Made by a program: the position numbers and the translations under genes. This document shows positions 1 through 9,251 of a DNA stretch of 64,000 bases, one piece after another. The notes beneath the pieces are model-generated. The model saw only the letters and a list, made by a program, of their open reading frames with translations. It was not told where the DNA came from and did not search any database. The DNA comes from an uncultured Actinomycetes bacterium (lineage in GTDB: Bacteria; Actinomycetota; Thermoleophilia; Gaiellales; JAICJC01): NCBI GenBank assembly GCA_963794415.1, contig CAWCDI010000002.1, forward strand, positions 413,930-477,929, written 5' to 3'. The number at the start of each line of letters is the position of its first letter. The first letter of the stretch is position 1.

Positions 1-42
1 GACGATGATCAGTTTTTCGGGTGATGGATCGAAAATTCCCAT
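1..42 (-). CDS. partial N-terminus (14 codons) of a small protein, possibly a Tat (TatA/TatB-like) translocase component; continues out of the window
   Basis: ATG at 42 on the minus strand with GGAGG 7 nt upstream. It reads MGIFDPSPEKLIIV, which resembles TatA/TatB N-termini. Only 14 aa are visible. Confidence 0.3.
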   Translation of the reverse strand, partial: MGIFDPSPEKLIIV

Positions 43-107
43 TGGTACCCCTCCAGGTTAGCAGACCTTCAACGCAGGATTTTGGTGCTGGCTACACTTC
101 GTCTGAG

Positions 108-130
108 GCAGCAACTCGGTTCGTTGCAGC
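108..130. promoter_or_regulatory. imperfect inverted repeat GCAGCAAC-N7-GTTGCAGC upstream of sufC; candidate operator or 5' UTR hairpin
   Basis: 7 of 8 arm positions are complementary. It lies about 35 nt upstream of the sufC ATG (165), in the divergent intergenic region. Confidence 0.2.
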
Positions 131-164
131 CATTTGAACGCTTTCCACCTCTTTGAGAGGACTC

Positions 165-947
165 ATGTCAGACCTGGTAATCCGCAATCTTCACGCTTCG
201 ATCGACGGCACGGAGATCCTCCGTGGCCTCGATCTGGAGCTCAACAAGGGCCAGGTGCACGCCATCATGGGCCCGAACGGCTCGGGCAAGTCCACCCTCG
301 CGCATGTGCTGATGGGACACCCAGCCTACGAGGTAACCGCCGGTGAGGTCAACTTCCTCGGCACCAATGTGCTCGACCTCGACCCCGACGAGCGGTCGCG
401 CCTGGGCGTCTTCCTGGCGTTCCAGTACCCGTCTGCGATCCCGGGCGTCACGGTCGCGAGCTTCCTGCGCATGGCGGTCAACGCCCACCGGCGCACGCCC
501 GAGGGCGATGCCGACCCCATCCGCATCCCCGAGTTCCGCAAGCTGCTCCAGGAGAACATGGAGGCGCTCAAGATCGACCGCTCCATGACCTCGCGCTACC
601 TCAACGACGGCTTCTCCGGCGGCGAGAAGAAGCGCATGGAGATGCTTCAGATGTCCATCCTGAAGCCGCAGCTCGCGATCCTCGACGAGACCGACTCCGG
701 CCTCGACATCGATGCGCTTCGCATCGTCTCCGAGGGGGTAAACAGGCTTCTGTCGCCGGACATGGGTGTGCTCGTGATCACCCACTACGCGCGGCTCCTG
801 CAATACATCAAGCCAGACGTGATCCACGTGCTGGTCAACGGGCGCATCGTCGAGACAGGCGGGCCCGAGATCGCCGACAAGCTCGAGCGGCAGGGCTATG
901 CCGCATACGGCGTCGACGACGAGGAGGTGGCGTTGTCACATGTCTGA
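165..947 (+). CDS. sufC: Fe-S cluster assembly ATPase SufC
   Basis: Walker [10 protein letters not shown], signature FSGGEKKR and Walker [16 protein letters not shown] 165 has GAGAGG just upstream (the ORF opens at TTG 153). Confidence 0.93.
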   Translation: MSDLVIRNLHASIDGTEILRGLDLELNKGQVHAIMGPNGSGKSTLAHVLMGHPAYEVTAGEVNFLGTNVLDLDPDERSRLGVFLAFQYPSAIPGVTVASFLRMAVNAHRRTPEGDADPIRIPEFRKLLQENMEALKIDRSMTSRYLNDGFSGGEKKRMEMLQMSILKPQLAILDETDSGLDIDALRIVSEGVNRLLSPDMGVLVITHYARLLQYIKPDVIHVLVNGRIVETGGPEIADKLERQGYAAYGVDDEEVALSHV

Positions 948-2361
948 GACCAAGCTGACACCAGAAGAGGTCGAAGCGACCTCCATCGGCGAGTACAAGT
1001 ACGGCTTCCACGACGAGGTCACGTCGGTGTTCCGCACGCGGCGCGGGCTGGACGAGGAGGTCGTGCGCGAGATCTCCAAGCACAAGAACGAGCCCCAGTG
1101 GATGACCGACTACCGCGTCGCCGCCTACGAGCACTACGTGCAGCGGCCGATGCCGGAGTGGGGCGCCGATCTCTCGAAGATCGACTTCGAGAACATCTAC
1201 TACTACCTGAAGCCCATCGATCAGCAGGCCAAGTCGTGGGACGATCTCCCCGACGGCATGCGCGAGACGTGGGACAAGCTGGGCATCCCCGAGGCCGAGA
1301 AGAAGTACCTCGCCGGCGTCGGCGCCCAGTACGAGTCCGAGGTCGTCTACCACAACCTCCAGAAGGAGCTCGCGGATCGCGGGGTCATCTTCCTGGACAT
1401 GGACTCGGGGCTTCGTGAGCACGAGGATCTGGTGCGCGAGTACTTCGGCACCATCATCCCGGCCAACGACAACAAGTTCTCCGCACTCAACTCGGCCGTG
1501 TGGTCGGGCGGCTCGTTCATCTACGTCCCGCCGGGAGTGCGGGTCGAGCTGCCGCTGCAGGCCTACTTCCGCATCAATGCCGAGAACATGGGCCAGTTCG
1601 AGCGCACGCTGATCATCGTGGACAAGGACGCCTACGTGCACTACGTCGAGGGCTGCACCGCCCCGATCTACTCCACCGACTCGCTGCACTCCGCGGTGGT
1701 CGAGATCCACGTGGCCGAGGGCGGCCGGTGCCGCTACACCACCATCCAGAACTGGTCGAAGAACGTCTTCAACCTGGTCACCAAGCGCGCCGTCGCCGAG
1801 AAGAACGCCACCATGGAGTGGGTCGATGGCAACCTCGGCTCGCAGATCACCCAGAAGTACCCTGCGGTGCTCTTGAAGGGTGAGGGCGCCCACGGCGAGG
1901 TGCTCTCCATCGCGTTTGCGGGTGAGGGCCAGCACCAGGACACGGGCGGCAAGATCACGCACATGGCGCCCAACACGTCGTCGGTGATCACCTCCAAGTC
2001 CATCTCCAAGGACGGCGGCCGCAGCTCCTACCGCGGCCTCCTCCAGGTGAACGACGGGGCGGTCAACTCGCGCTCCAAGGTGGTCTGCGACGCGCTGATC
2101 CTGGACGAGGACAGCCGCACCGACACCTACCCGTACATCGACATCAAGGAGAACGCCGTCGATATCGGGCACGAGGCGACGGTGGCCAAGATCGGCGATG
2201 AGCAGCTCTTCTACCTCATGAGCCGCGGTCTCAGCGAGGCCGAGGCCTCTGCCATGGTGGTGTCGGGCTTCATCGAGCCCATCACCAAGGAGCTGCCCCT
2301 GGAGTACGCGGTCGAGATGAACCGCCTCATCCAGCTGCAGATGGAGGGATCCGTCGGTTGA
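940..2361 (+). CDS. sufB: Fe-S cluster assembly scaffold SufB
   Basis: Typical SufB sequence ([39 protein letters not shown]). ATG 940 is preceded by GAGGAGG and overlaps the sufC stop. Confidence 0.95.
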   Translation: MSETKLTPEEVEATSIGEYKYGFHDEVTSVFRTRRGLDEEVVREISKHKNEPQWMTDYRVAAYEHYVQRPMPEWGADLSKIDFENIYYYLKPIDQQAKSWDDLPDGMRETWDKLGIPEAEKKYLAGVGAQYESEVVYHNLQKELADRGVIFLDMDSGLREHEDLVREYFGTIIPANDNKFSALNSAVWSGGSFIYVPPGVRVELPLQAYFRINAENMGQFERTLIIVDKDAYVHYVEGCTAPIYSTDSLHSAVVEIHVAEGGRCRYTTIQNWSKNVFNLVTKRAVAEKNATMEWVDGNLGSQITQKYPAVLLKGEGAHGEVLSIAFAGEGQHQDTGGKITHMAPNTSSVITSKSISKDGGRSSYRGLLQVNDGAVNSRSKVVCDALILDEDSRTDTYPYIDIKENAVDIGHEATVAKIGDEQLFYLMSRGLSEAEASAMVVSGFIEPITKELPLEYAVEMNRLIQLQMEGSVG

Positions 2362-3506
2362 CCACGCTGGCTGAGCCCGCCTGGCTGGCGGAAAAGCGCG
2401 AGGCCGCGCAGGCCGTGTACGAGTCGCTCCCGGTTCCCTCGAACCGGGAGGAGGCGTGGAGGTTCACCAACCTGCGGGGGTTCAACCCCGACGGGTTCCC
2501 GGTCGAGTCGCCGGCCCTCGAGCTGGAGGGCGACGCGCCCTCGCCGGCCACGTTCATGCGCCTCTCGCAGGCCGTCGCCGAGCAGCCCGCGCTGGTGGAG
2601 CCGTACCTCGGCACGGTCGTCTCCGACGGCGAGAAGTTCGCGTCCGCAAACGCCGCCAACTGGCGTGACGGCGTGCTGCTGCACGTGCCCGCGGGCGTCG
2701 AGGTCACCACGCCGCTTCGCGCGATCGTCGATGTCACCGCCGAGGGCTCGGCCGCCTACAACAGGGTGCTGATCGTGCTCGAGCGCGGCGCGAAGGCCAC
2801 GTTCGTGGAGGAGTACCGCTCGGCGTCGGCCGCCTACGTGAACACGGTCGTCGAGATGATCGTGAGCGACGAGGCCCAGCTCGACTACATCACCGTGCAG
2901 GAGCACAGCTCCGAGACCCGGCAGTTCGGCACGCACCGCGCCACCGTCGGGCGCGACGCCAAGCTCGACTGGGTCGCCGCCGCCGTCGGCGGTAACCGCG
3001 CCAAGTCGCGCATGGAGAGCTATCTGGGCGGCCGCGGGGCCAACGTGAAGGTCACCGGCGCCTACTACCTCACCGGCCGCGAGCACGTTGACTACGACAC
3101 CACGCAGGAGCACGCCGCTCCCGACACCTTCTCGGATCTCGCCTTCAAGGGCGTGCTGGACGACCGGGCCCGCGCGGTGTGGCGCGGCGTGATCCGCGTC
3201 GATAAGGGCGCGCAGAAGACCGACGCCTATCAGGAGAACCGCAACCTGCTGCTCTCACCCGACGCGCAGGCCACCCCCATCCCGGGGCTCGAGATCGAGG
3301 CCAACGACGTGCGCTGCACCCACGGCGCCACCGTCGGCCAGGTTGATCGGTCGCAGATCTTCTACCTGATGGCGCGCGGGCTCACTCACGCCGAGGCCGA
3401 GCGGCTCATCGTGCGCGGCTTCTTCGAGGACGTGCTGGAGCGCATCAACTCGCCCGAGGTGCGCCAGCGGGTGTCAGACGCGATCGAGGCCCGGCTCCCC
3501 GCCTGA
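2358..3506 (+). CDS. sufD: Fe-S cluster assembly protein SufD
   Basis: SufB/D-family C-terminal region ([20 protein letters not shown]). The TTG start lies in a TTGA overlap with the sufB stop. Confidence 0.9.
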   Translation: MTTLAEPAWLAEKREAAQAVYESLPVPSNREEAWRFTNLRGFNPDGFPVESPALELEGDAPSPATFMRLSQAVAEQPALVEPYLGTVVSDGEKFASANAANWRDGVLLHVPAGVEVTTPLRAIVDVTAEGSAAYNRVLIVLERGAKATFVEEYRSASAAYVNTVVEMIVSDEAQLDYITVQEHSSETRQFGTHRATVGRDAKLDWVAAAVGGNRAKSRMESYLGGRGANVKVTGAYYLTGREHVDYDTTQEHAAPDTFSDLAFKGVLDDRARAVWRGVIRVDKGAQKTDAYQENRNLLLSPDAQATPIPGLEIEANDVRCTHGATVGQVDRSQIFYLMARGLTHAEAERLIVRGFFEDVLERINSPEVRQRVSDAIEARLPA

Positions 3507-4654
3507 TGACGGAGCCTCCCGCGGACGTCCTCCAGGGGTTCATCCGCGAGATCGACGAGTTGCGCCCCGCAGGCGCCGAGATCATCGACGTGCACACTCA
3601 TCTCGGGCTCGACGAGGACGGGATGAAGCTGAGCGCCGCCGAGCTGATCGCGATGATGGACGAGGTCGGCGCGAAGCGGGCTGTCACCTTCCCGCTTCAC
3701 GACCCCGATCGCAGCCCCGGCTACCGGGTGCCCAACGACCGCGTGCTGCAGTGGGCGGCCGAGTCGGAGGGGCGGCTCATCCCGTTCGCCCGGCTCGACC
3801 CTGCCGAGGATCCGGTGGCCGAGGCCGAGCGCGCGCTGGATGCCGGCGCCCGGGGCATCAAGCTGCACCCGCGCGCGCAGGCGTTCGCGCTGGCATCGCA
3901 CCCCGGCGTCGAGAGCATCTTCGCGCTGGTCGAGGAGCGCCAGGTGCCGATGCTGATCCATGCCGGCGCGGGCCTGCCGCCCGAGTTCGGCACCGAGATG
4001 GTGACGCTCGTCGAGCGCCATCCTGACGTGCGGCTGATCCTGGCCCACCTCGGCATCACCGACCAGGCGATCATGGGCGACGGCCTGGCCGGCGCGCCCT
4101 CGATCACCTACGACAGCTCGTGGATGAACGCGTTCGAGTTCATGACGCTCCTCTCGCGGGTGCCTGCCGAGCGCATCGTGTTCGGCTCCGACCCGCCGTA
4201 CGGACGCACGTTCAACGGCCTCTACCTGCTGCTGCGGTCGATGCGCTGCCTGGGGGTCTCGGACGAGACGCTCACCGAGGTGCTCAGCGGCAGCGTCCTG
4301 AGGATGCTTGCGGGCGAGCCGCTGGTCGCCGCGGGGGCTCCGCCGGCGCCGCGGGAGATCCGCATCGACGGCCGGCTGCTGCGCATCCACACCTACTGCC
4401 TGATGGCGCTCAGCACGGCCTTCAGCGGAAACGCCGCGCGGGCCGGTGGATTCGTGCGCCTGGCGCTCGGCGTCACGCGCGATCCCGACCCGGGTGAGCT
4501 GGCGCCGTTCTTCGAGCGGATCGGCCCGGTGCTCGAGCAGGGCGCCGCAGATCTCGCGGCCGCCGGCGACGACCCTCCGGCGCTGCGCGCCGCCTTCGGC
4601 CCGGTGTTCGCGGCGATGGCGGCCTCGGCGACGGAGACCCCCCAGCGTGCATAA
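3506..4654 (+). CDS. amidohydrolase-family (amidohydrolase_2-like) metal-dependent hydrolase with an Ala-rich C-terminal extension
   Basis: DVHTHLG metal motif, IKLHP, MLIHAG and FGSDPPY. ATGA overlap with the sufD stop. Its TAA stop lies inside the palindromic repeat at 4647-4679. Confidence 0.75.
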   Translation: MTEPPADVLQGFIREIDELRPAGAEIIDVHTHLGLDEDGMKLSAAELIAMMDEVGAKRAVTFPLHDPDRSPGYRVPNDRVLQWAAESEGRLIPFARLDPAEDPVAEAERALDAGARGIKLHPRAQAFALASHPGVESIFALVEERQVPMLIHAGAGLPPEFGTEMVTLVERHPDVRLILAHLGITDQAIMGDGLAGAPSITYDSSWMNAFEFMTLLSRVPAERIVFGSDPPYGRTFNGLYLLLRSMRCLGVSDETLTEVLSGSVLRMLAGEPLVAAGAPPAPREIRIDGRLLRIHTYCLMALSTAFSGNAARAGGFVRLALGVTRDPDPGELAPFFERIGPVLEQGAADLAAAGDDPPALRAAFGPVFAAMAASATETPQRA

Positions 4655-4679
4655 ACGGTGCCAGGCACTTAATATTCAC
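4647..4679 (+). repeat. 33-bp low-GC palindromic element, copy 1 (GTGCATAAACGGTGCCAGGCACTTAATATTCAC)
   Basis: Near-identical to the copies at 57014, 57172 and 57680. It lies between the amidohydrolase stop and the sufS start. Confidence 0.85.
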
Positions 4680-4699
4680 GCCTGATCTACCCTGTGGAT

Positions 4700-5950
4700 A
4701 TGGCGGTTGCGTCCACACATTCACCGTTGAACGCCGAGCAGATCAAGCTCGACTTCCCGATCCTGGCCACGAGGGCACACGGCACGAAGCCGCTGGTGTA
4801 CCTCGATTCGGCCAACTCGTCGCAGAAGCCGCAGGCCGTGATCGACGCCATCTCCGAGGTGTATCGCACCAACTACGCCAACGTGCACCGGGGGGTCTAC
4901 GAGCTGGGCGTGAACGTCACCGAGGCCTTCGAGGGCGCCCGCGACAAGGTCGCCGCCTTCATCAACGCGCCGTCGCGCCGCGGGGTGGTGTTCGTGCGCC
5001 AGGCGACCGAGGCGCTGAATCTCATCGCCTACGCCTACGGCCGCAAGTTCATCAGCGTGGGCGACGTGATCGTCACCACCGAGATGGAGCACCACTCGAA
5101 CCTCGTGCCCTGGCAGTTCCTCGCCCAGCAGACCGGTGCGACGCTGCGCTACATCCGGCTCACCGACGACGGTGAGCTCGATCCCGCCTCCATCGAGGAG
5201 ATCGGGCAGCTCTCGAACGTGAAGCTGGTGGCGGTCACGCACGCCTCCAACACGCTCGGCACGCTCAACGACATTCCCGCCCTCTCGAAGTGGGCGCACG
5301 ATCTGGGCGCGGTGATCGTCGTCGACGGAGCCCAGGCGGCACCGCACCGCCCGGTGGACGTGCAGGCGCTGGGCTGCGACTTCTACGCGATCTCGGGCCA
5401 CAAGCTGTGCGGCCCCGGCTCGGGCGCCCTCTGGGGCCGCGAGGAGCTGCTCGACCGCATGGACCCGTTCCTCACCGGCGGCGAGATGATCCAGACCGTC
5501 ACGCTCGAGCGCACCACCTGGAACGAGCTGCCCTGGAAGTTCGAGGCCGGCACGCCCGCCATCGCCGAGTGCATCGGCATGGGCGCGGCGATGGACTACC
5601 TCACCTCCATCGGGCTCGAGAACATCGCCGCGCACGAGCGCGCGCTCACCGAGTACGGCTACGGCGTGCTCTCCGCGATCGACGGCGTCACCCAGTACGG
5701 GCCGGCGCCCGAGCGCCGCGGCGGCGTGCTGAGCTTCGACCTGGCGGGCGTCCACCCGCACGATGTTGCCCAGATCCTGGACGGCGACGGCATCTGCGTG
5801 CGCGCCGGCCACCACTGCACCCAGCCCGTGATGGCCCGCTACGGCCTGGCCGCCACCACCCGCGCGAGCGTCTACCTCTACAACACCACCGCCGACCTCG
5901 ACGCGCTCGGCGAGGGTCTCGAGCGGGTGAAGCACGTCTTCACCCGGTAA
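4700..5950 (+). CDS. sufS: cysteine desulfurase SufS (PLP-dependent, class V)
   Basis: HHSNLVPWQ, SGHKLCGP (PLP lysine) and RAGHHCTQP (active-site Cys). Start at ATG 4700 or GTG 4694. Confidence 0.93.
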   Translation: MAVASTHSPLNAEQIKLDFPILATRAHGTKPLVYLDSANSSQKPQAVIDAISEVYRTNYANVHRGVYELGVNVTEAFEGARDKVAAFINAPSRRGVVFVRQATEALNLIAYAYGRKFISVGDVIVTTEMEHHSNLVPWQFLAQQTGATLRYIRLTDDGELDPASIEEIGQLSNVKLVAVTHASNTLGTLNDIPALSKWAHDLGAVIVVDGAQAAPHRPVDVQALGCDFYAISGHKLCGPGSGALWGREELLDRMDPFLTGGEMIQTVTLERTTWNELPWKFEAGTPAIAECIGMGAAMDYLTSIGLENIAAHERALTEYGYGVLSAIDGVTQYGPAPERRGGVLSFDLAGVHPHDVAQILDGDGICVRAGHHCTQPVMARYGLAATTRASVYLYNTTADLDALGEGLERVKHVFTR

Positions 5951-5967
5951 GCTTCACGGGAACCATC

Positions 5968-6393
5968 ATGGACGAGCTCTACCGCGACAACATCCTCGAT
6001 CACTACCAGAATCCCCGCAACTCGGGGCATCTTGAGCATGCAAGTGCTCAGGCCGACGGTGTCAACCCGCTGTGCGGCGACGAGCTGCACGTCGAGCTGC
6101 TGGTGACCGACGGGGTAGTGGAGGACGTGCGGTACGACGGCCGCGGCTGTGCCATCAGCCAGGCGGCCGCCTCGATGCTCTCCGACGCCGTCAAGGGCCG
6201 CAAGGTGGAGGACGTCGAGCAGATGGGCAAGGAGGACGTGCTCGAGGAGCTCGGCATCCCGCTCTCGCCGATCCGGCTCAAGTGCGCGCTTCTGTCCGTG
6301 GGCGTGCTCAAGGTGGCGCTCGCCGAGTACAAGGGCGAGTCGATCCCGGCCGAGTGGGCTGCGGACAACGAGATCACGTGGAAATCCCAGTAG
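5968..6393 (+). CDS. sufU: SufU/IscU-like Fe-S scaffold / sulfur acceptor
   Basis: MDELYRDNILDHYQNPRN, NPLCGD, GCAISQA and a C-terminal conserved Cys. The longer ORF from 5290 is upstream read-through. Confidence 0.9.
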   Translation: MDELYRDNILDHYQNPRNSGHLEHASAQADGVNPLCGDELHVELLVTDGVVEDVRYDGRGCAISQAAASMLSDAVKGRKVEDVEQMGKEDVLEELGIPLSPIRLKCALLSVGVLKVALAEYKGESIPAEWAADNEITWKSQ

Positions 6394-6680
6394 GCCCGGC
6401 CGAGTCGATCCCGGAGGGCGGGGTCAAGATCGTCGAGTCGGGCACGCTCTTCGTTGGCGTCTACAAGATCGACGGCGAGCTCTACGCCATCGAGGACCGG
6501 TGCAGCCACGACGACGGCCCGCTCTGCGAGGGGGCGCGCGAGGGGTTCGAGATCGTGTGCCCGCGGCATGCGGCCCGCTTCGACCTGCGTGACGGTAAGG
6601 TGCTCTCGCCGCCGGCGACCGAGGACGTGGAGGTCTTCCCACTCGAGATCCGCGACGGCAATGTGATCGTGATCGCCTGA
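6378..6680 (+). CDS. small Rieske-type [2Fe-2S] ferredoxin-like protein
   Basis: CSHDDGPL ... CPRHAARF (CxH / CxxH Rieske ligands). About 100 aa. GTG 6378 overlaps the sufU 3' end. Confidence 0.8.
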   Translation: MEIPVGPAESIPEGGVKIVESGTLFVGVYKIDGELYAIEDRCSHDDGPLCEGAREGFEIVCPRHAARFDLRDGKVLSPPATEDVEVFPLEIRDGNVIVIA

Positions 6681-6698
6681 AGGGGTAGTGATTTCAGC

Positions 6699-7448
6699 AT
6701 GACGCAGATGGACAACCTTTCCGAAGCAACGCAGGAGTACCTCGAGAGCATCTACTGGCTCTACGAGGCCGGGATCGACCGCACCCAGGCCAACCTCGCC
6801 CGCGCGCTGCACGTCTCCCAGCCCTCCGCGAGCGAGATGCTGCGCCGCATGACCGACGACGGCCTGGTCGAGCGCGACGCGCGCAAGCACATCAACTTCA
6901 CCGACAGCGGGCACGAGGTGGCCGAGCGCATCGTCGCCCGCCACCGGCTGGTCGAGGCCTACCTCGTCAAGGTCATGGGCATCCCATGGGACGACGTGCA
7001 CGAGGAGGCCCACGCGATGGAGCACTCCATCTCGCCACGGCTCGAGGCCAAGATGCTCGAGATGATCGGCGAGGTCAAGACCTGCCCGCACGGCCACCCC
7101 ATCGGCGACTACCCGCGCGAGGCCGGCGAGCCGATCCCGGCGGTGCCGGTTGGCAGCCAGATCATGGTGCTGCGGCTCGAGAACGAGGCCGAGGAGATCC
7201 TGCACTACATGAAGGCCCACACCGTCGAGCCCGGGTTCTCCTACCTGGTGGCGGCGCGCGGCGGCGAGGGTGACGAGGCCTTCACGCAGCTCCAGCCAGT
7301 GGGCGGCGGCGACACCATCGAGATCGACGACCGCCTGGCCCGCACCGTCTCGGTGCGCGTCGAGGTGCGCGGCGACGGCGCGATCTCGGCGCTGGGCGAG
7401 GCCGGCCCGGAGCTCCAGCTCCTGGGCGCCGACCGCTGGGGCATGTAG
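6699..7448 (+). CDS. DtxR/IdeR/MntR-family metal-dependent transcriptional regulator with a FeoA/SH3-like C-terminal domain
   Basis: N-terminal wHTH (LARALHVSQPSASEMLRRM), metal-binding region (HEEAHAMEHS, CPHGHPI) and a C-terminal FeoA-like segment. Confidence 0.88.
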   Translation: MTQMDNLSEATQEYLESIYWLYEAGIDRTQANLARALHVSQPSASEMLRRMTDDGLVERDARKHINFTDSGHEVAERIVARHRLVEAYLVKVMGIPWDDVHEEAHAMEHSISPRLEAKMLEMIGEVKTCPHGHPIGDYPREAGEPIPAVPVGSQIMVLRLENEAEEILHYMKAHTVEPGFSYLVAARGGEGDEAFTQLQPVGGGDTIEIDDRLARTVSVRVEVRGDGAISALGEAGPELQLLGADRWGM

Positions 7449-7730
7449 CCCTTAACAGAACAAGGGGGCCGTGCCGGTTGTTCGGTCACGACCCCCCTGC
7501 GGTGGATTCGCTTTGGATTGGGTAGCGACGATTGCCTTACATCCGCGCAACCTCTAGGAGGTCGCGGAGGCTATCCCAACGCTCGCTCTAGCGATTCCCC
7601 TTGGGTTCAGGGATTCGCCCCTACCCGCGAGCACCTCCACTAGCCCTACTTGAACCTTCTAACAAGTCAGACCACCTCCTTTCCGTGGTGGCATCATCCT
7701 AGCAACGACCACCGATGGAGGCCAGAAACT
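7449..7730. other. 280-nt non-coding gap between convergent genes with extensive predicted secondary structure; candidate small RNA of unknown family
   Basis: No credible ORF and visibly lower GC. Imperfect inverted repeat at 7557-7577 / 7610-7638 (GGAGGT/ACCTCC, CGCGG/CCGCG, ATCCC/GGGAT). Hairpins at 7544-7568 and 7670-7690. Confidence 0.25.
7464..7496. terminator. GC-rich hairpin downstream of the DtxR-family gene (GGGGGCCGTG-N13-CACGACCCCC)
   Basis: 10-bp stem with one mismatch, 16 nt after the stop. No T-tract follows. Confidence 0.4.
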
Positions 7731-8574
7731 CTACGGGCGGTTGTAGGCCTCGGCAATCGAGGCGGGCTCGACGCCCAGATCGTGCCGCGCCGGGGCGATG
7801 TCGCACTGGGTCCCGGCCAGCAGCATGACGATCTGCTCGCGGGTGACCTTGAGCGGCGGCGGGAAGTGCTTCAGCACCACCGTCTGGGCCTTCATGAGCC
7901 CGGCGGGGACGTGCACCTTGCGCGGCGGTGAGTGGCCCGTAGCCCGGGCGAGCTCGTCCAGCAGGTGGTTGAACTCGAGCAGCTGCGGCCCGCCCAGCCC
8001 GTAGCGTCTTGCCCACGGTCTGGGGCCGCTCGAGCGCGGCCGAGAACGCCGTGGCGACGTCCTCCACCCACACAGGCTGATGGCGGTAGCGGCCGTTGCC
8101 GATGACCGGCGCGACGGGCCCTCTCACCAGGCTCTCGAACGCCTTCAGGGCGCCGCCGCCGGCCCCGAAGATGAAGCTCGGCTTGAACACCGTCCAGTCG
8201 AGCGCGCTCCCGGTCACCGCGTTCAGCGCGTCGAACTTGGTGCGGTAGTAGCGCGTGAGCCCGGCGTGCTCGGCGTCCACGCCCAGCGCGCTCATGTGCA
8301 GGAATCGCTTCACGCCCGCATCCTCGGCGGCGGCGAGCACGTTCTGGGTGCCGCCCACGTTGATCGACTGGAACTGCTCGTCGGTGCCGTCCAGGATCGC
8401 GATGAGGTGGACGACGGCGTCGGCGCCCGCCATGGCCCGGGTGACGTCGTCGTAGCGGGTGATGTCGCCGCCGGTCTTCCGCGAGAACGGCACCACCGTG
8501 TGGCCGTCGCGCTCCAGCCGGGCCGAGACCCGGGTGCCGACGTACCCGCTCGCGCCGGTGACGAGCACCTTCAC
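7731..8574 (-). pseudogene. NAD(P)-dependent epimerase/dehydratase (NDUFA9/NmrA-like), interrupted by a +1 frameshift near 8004
   Basis: The N-terminal part (MKVLVTGASGYVG...) is in the frame of ORF 7699..8574. The conserved C-terminal part (YGLGGPQLLEFNHLLDELARATG...HVPAGLMKAQ...) is in the frame of ORF 7731..7916. The frames switch at ggcaagacgCtacggg. Confidence 0.8.
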
Positions 8575-9146
8575 GGCGCGGCCGGGAAGTTGAGGTGGTA
8601 GCGGCTGGGAGTGGGCTCGGCCTTGCCGCCCTGGTACTTCGAGCCGAGCGCGCCGCTGCCGTACGGGTGCTGGGCCGGCGTTGTCATCGCCATGAAGCTC
8701 AGCTGGGCGATGCGCATGCCCGGGTAGACCGTGATCGGCAGGTTGGCGGCGTTTGCCAGCTCGAGCGTGATGTGGCCGTCGAACCCGGCGTCGATCACGC
8801 CCGCGGTCTGGTGCACCACGAGGCCCAGTCGGCCCAGCGAGCTCTTGCCGTCGAGCGTCGCGACGATGTCGTCGGGAAGCGTGATGCGCTCGGCCACCAC
8901 GCCCAGCACGAACTCGCCCGGATGCAGGATGAACGCGTCGTCACCGGTGACCGTGATCAGCTCGGTGAGATCCTCCATCGGCACCTTCACGTCGATGTAG
9001 GGGTAGCGCGAGTTCTGGAACACGCGGAAGGCGTCGCCCACCGTCACGTCGATCGAGCATGGCTGCACCATCGCATCGTCGAACGGGTCGATCCTGATCC
9101 GCCCGGCGGCGATCTCCTCGCGGATTGTGCGATCGGAGAGCACCAT
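8571..9146 (-). CDS. dcd: dCTP deaminase
   Basis: Full-length Dcd-like sequence (QPCSIDVTVG, LDGKSSLGRLGL, ITLEL). 4-nt overlap with the downstream epimerase start. Confidence 0.93.
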   Translation of the reverse strand: MVLSDRTIREEIAAGRIRIDPFDDAMVQPCSIDVTVGDAFRVFQNSRYPYIDVKVPMEDLTELITVTGDDAFILHPGEFVLGVVAERITLPDDIVATLDGKSSLGRLGLVVHQTAGVIDAGFDGHITLELANAANLPITVYPGMRIAQLSFMAMTTPAQHPYGSGALGSKYQGGKAEPTPSRYHLNFPAAP

Positions 9147-9251
9147 CGCCGGGGATTCTAGTTGGTGACCCGTTTCGGGAGCGGTCCTGGGTTTTCCGCA
9201 ACTCCTCTGGTACGCTGGATCGGTTTTGGCAGGGACTCCAGGAGGTGGTTT

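Noticed and set aside
53-71. Possible DtxR/IdeR iron box (CCAGGTTAGCAGACCTTCA) in the divergent region upstream of sufC.
   Set aside because: Only about 11-12 of 19 positions match the TTAGGTTAGGCTAACCTAA consensus, and the right half-site is poor. That is too weak to call without a genome-wide motif model or binding data.
835-2172. Long antisense or alternate-frame ORFs throughout the window. Examples: 835..2172(-), 2211..3113(-), 3386..4390(-), 4721..5935(-), 6048..7220(-), 9270..10445(-), 14165..15763(-), 29280..31034(-), 30983..32644(-), 40677..41744(-), 43585..45033(-), 47479..48738(-), 55098..56864(+), 58106..59596(-), 62570..63952(-).
   Set aside because: All lie opposite to, or out of frame with, genes carrying unambiguous conserved motifs. 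Their translations are low-complexity R/A/G/P/H-rich strings without recognisable domains. They are GC-driven artefacts, not overlapping genes.
7449-7730. Identity of the structured gap as 6S RNA, SRP RNA, tmRNA, RNase P RNA, or a ydaO or cobalamin riboswitch.
   Set aside because: I found none of the hallmark motifs. There is no SRP GGAA/AGCAGC helix 8, no tmRNA tag or T-arm, no RNase P CR-I/CR-IV and no B12 box. There is also no downstream gene for a riboswitch on either strand. It is kept only as an unclassified candidate.
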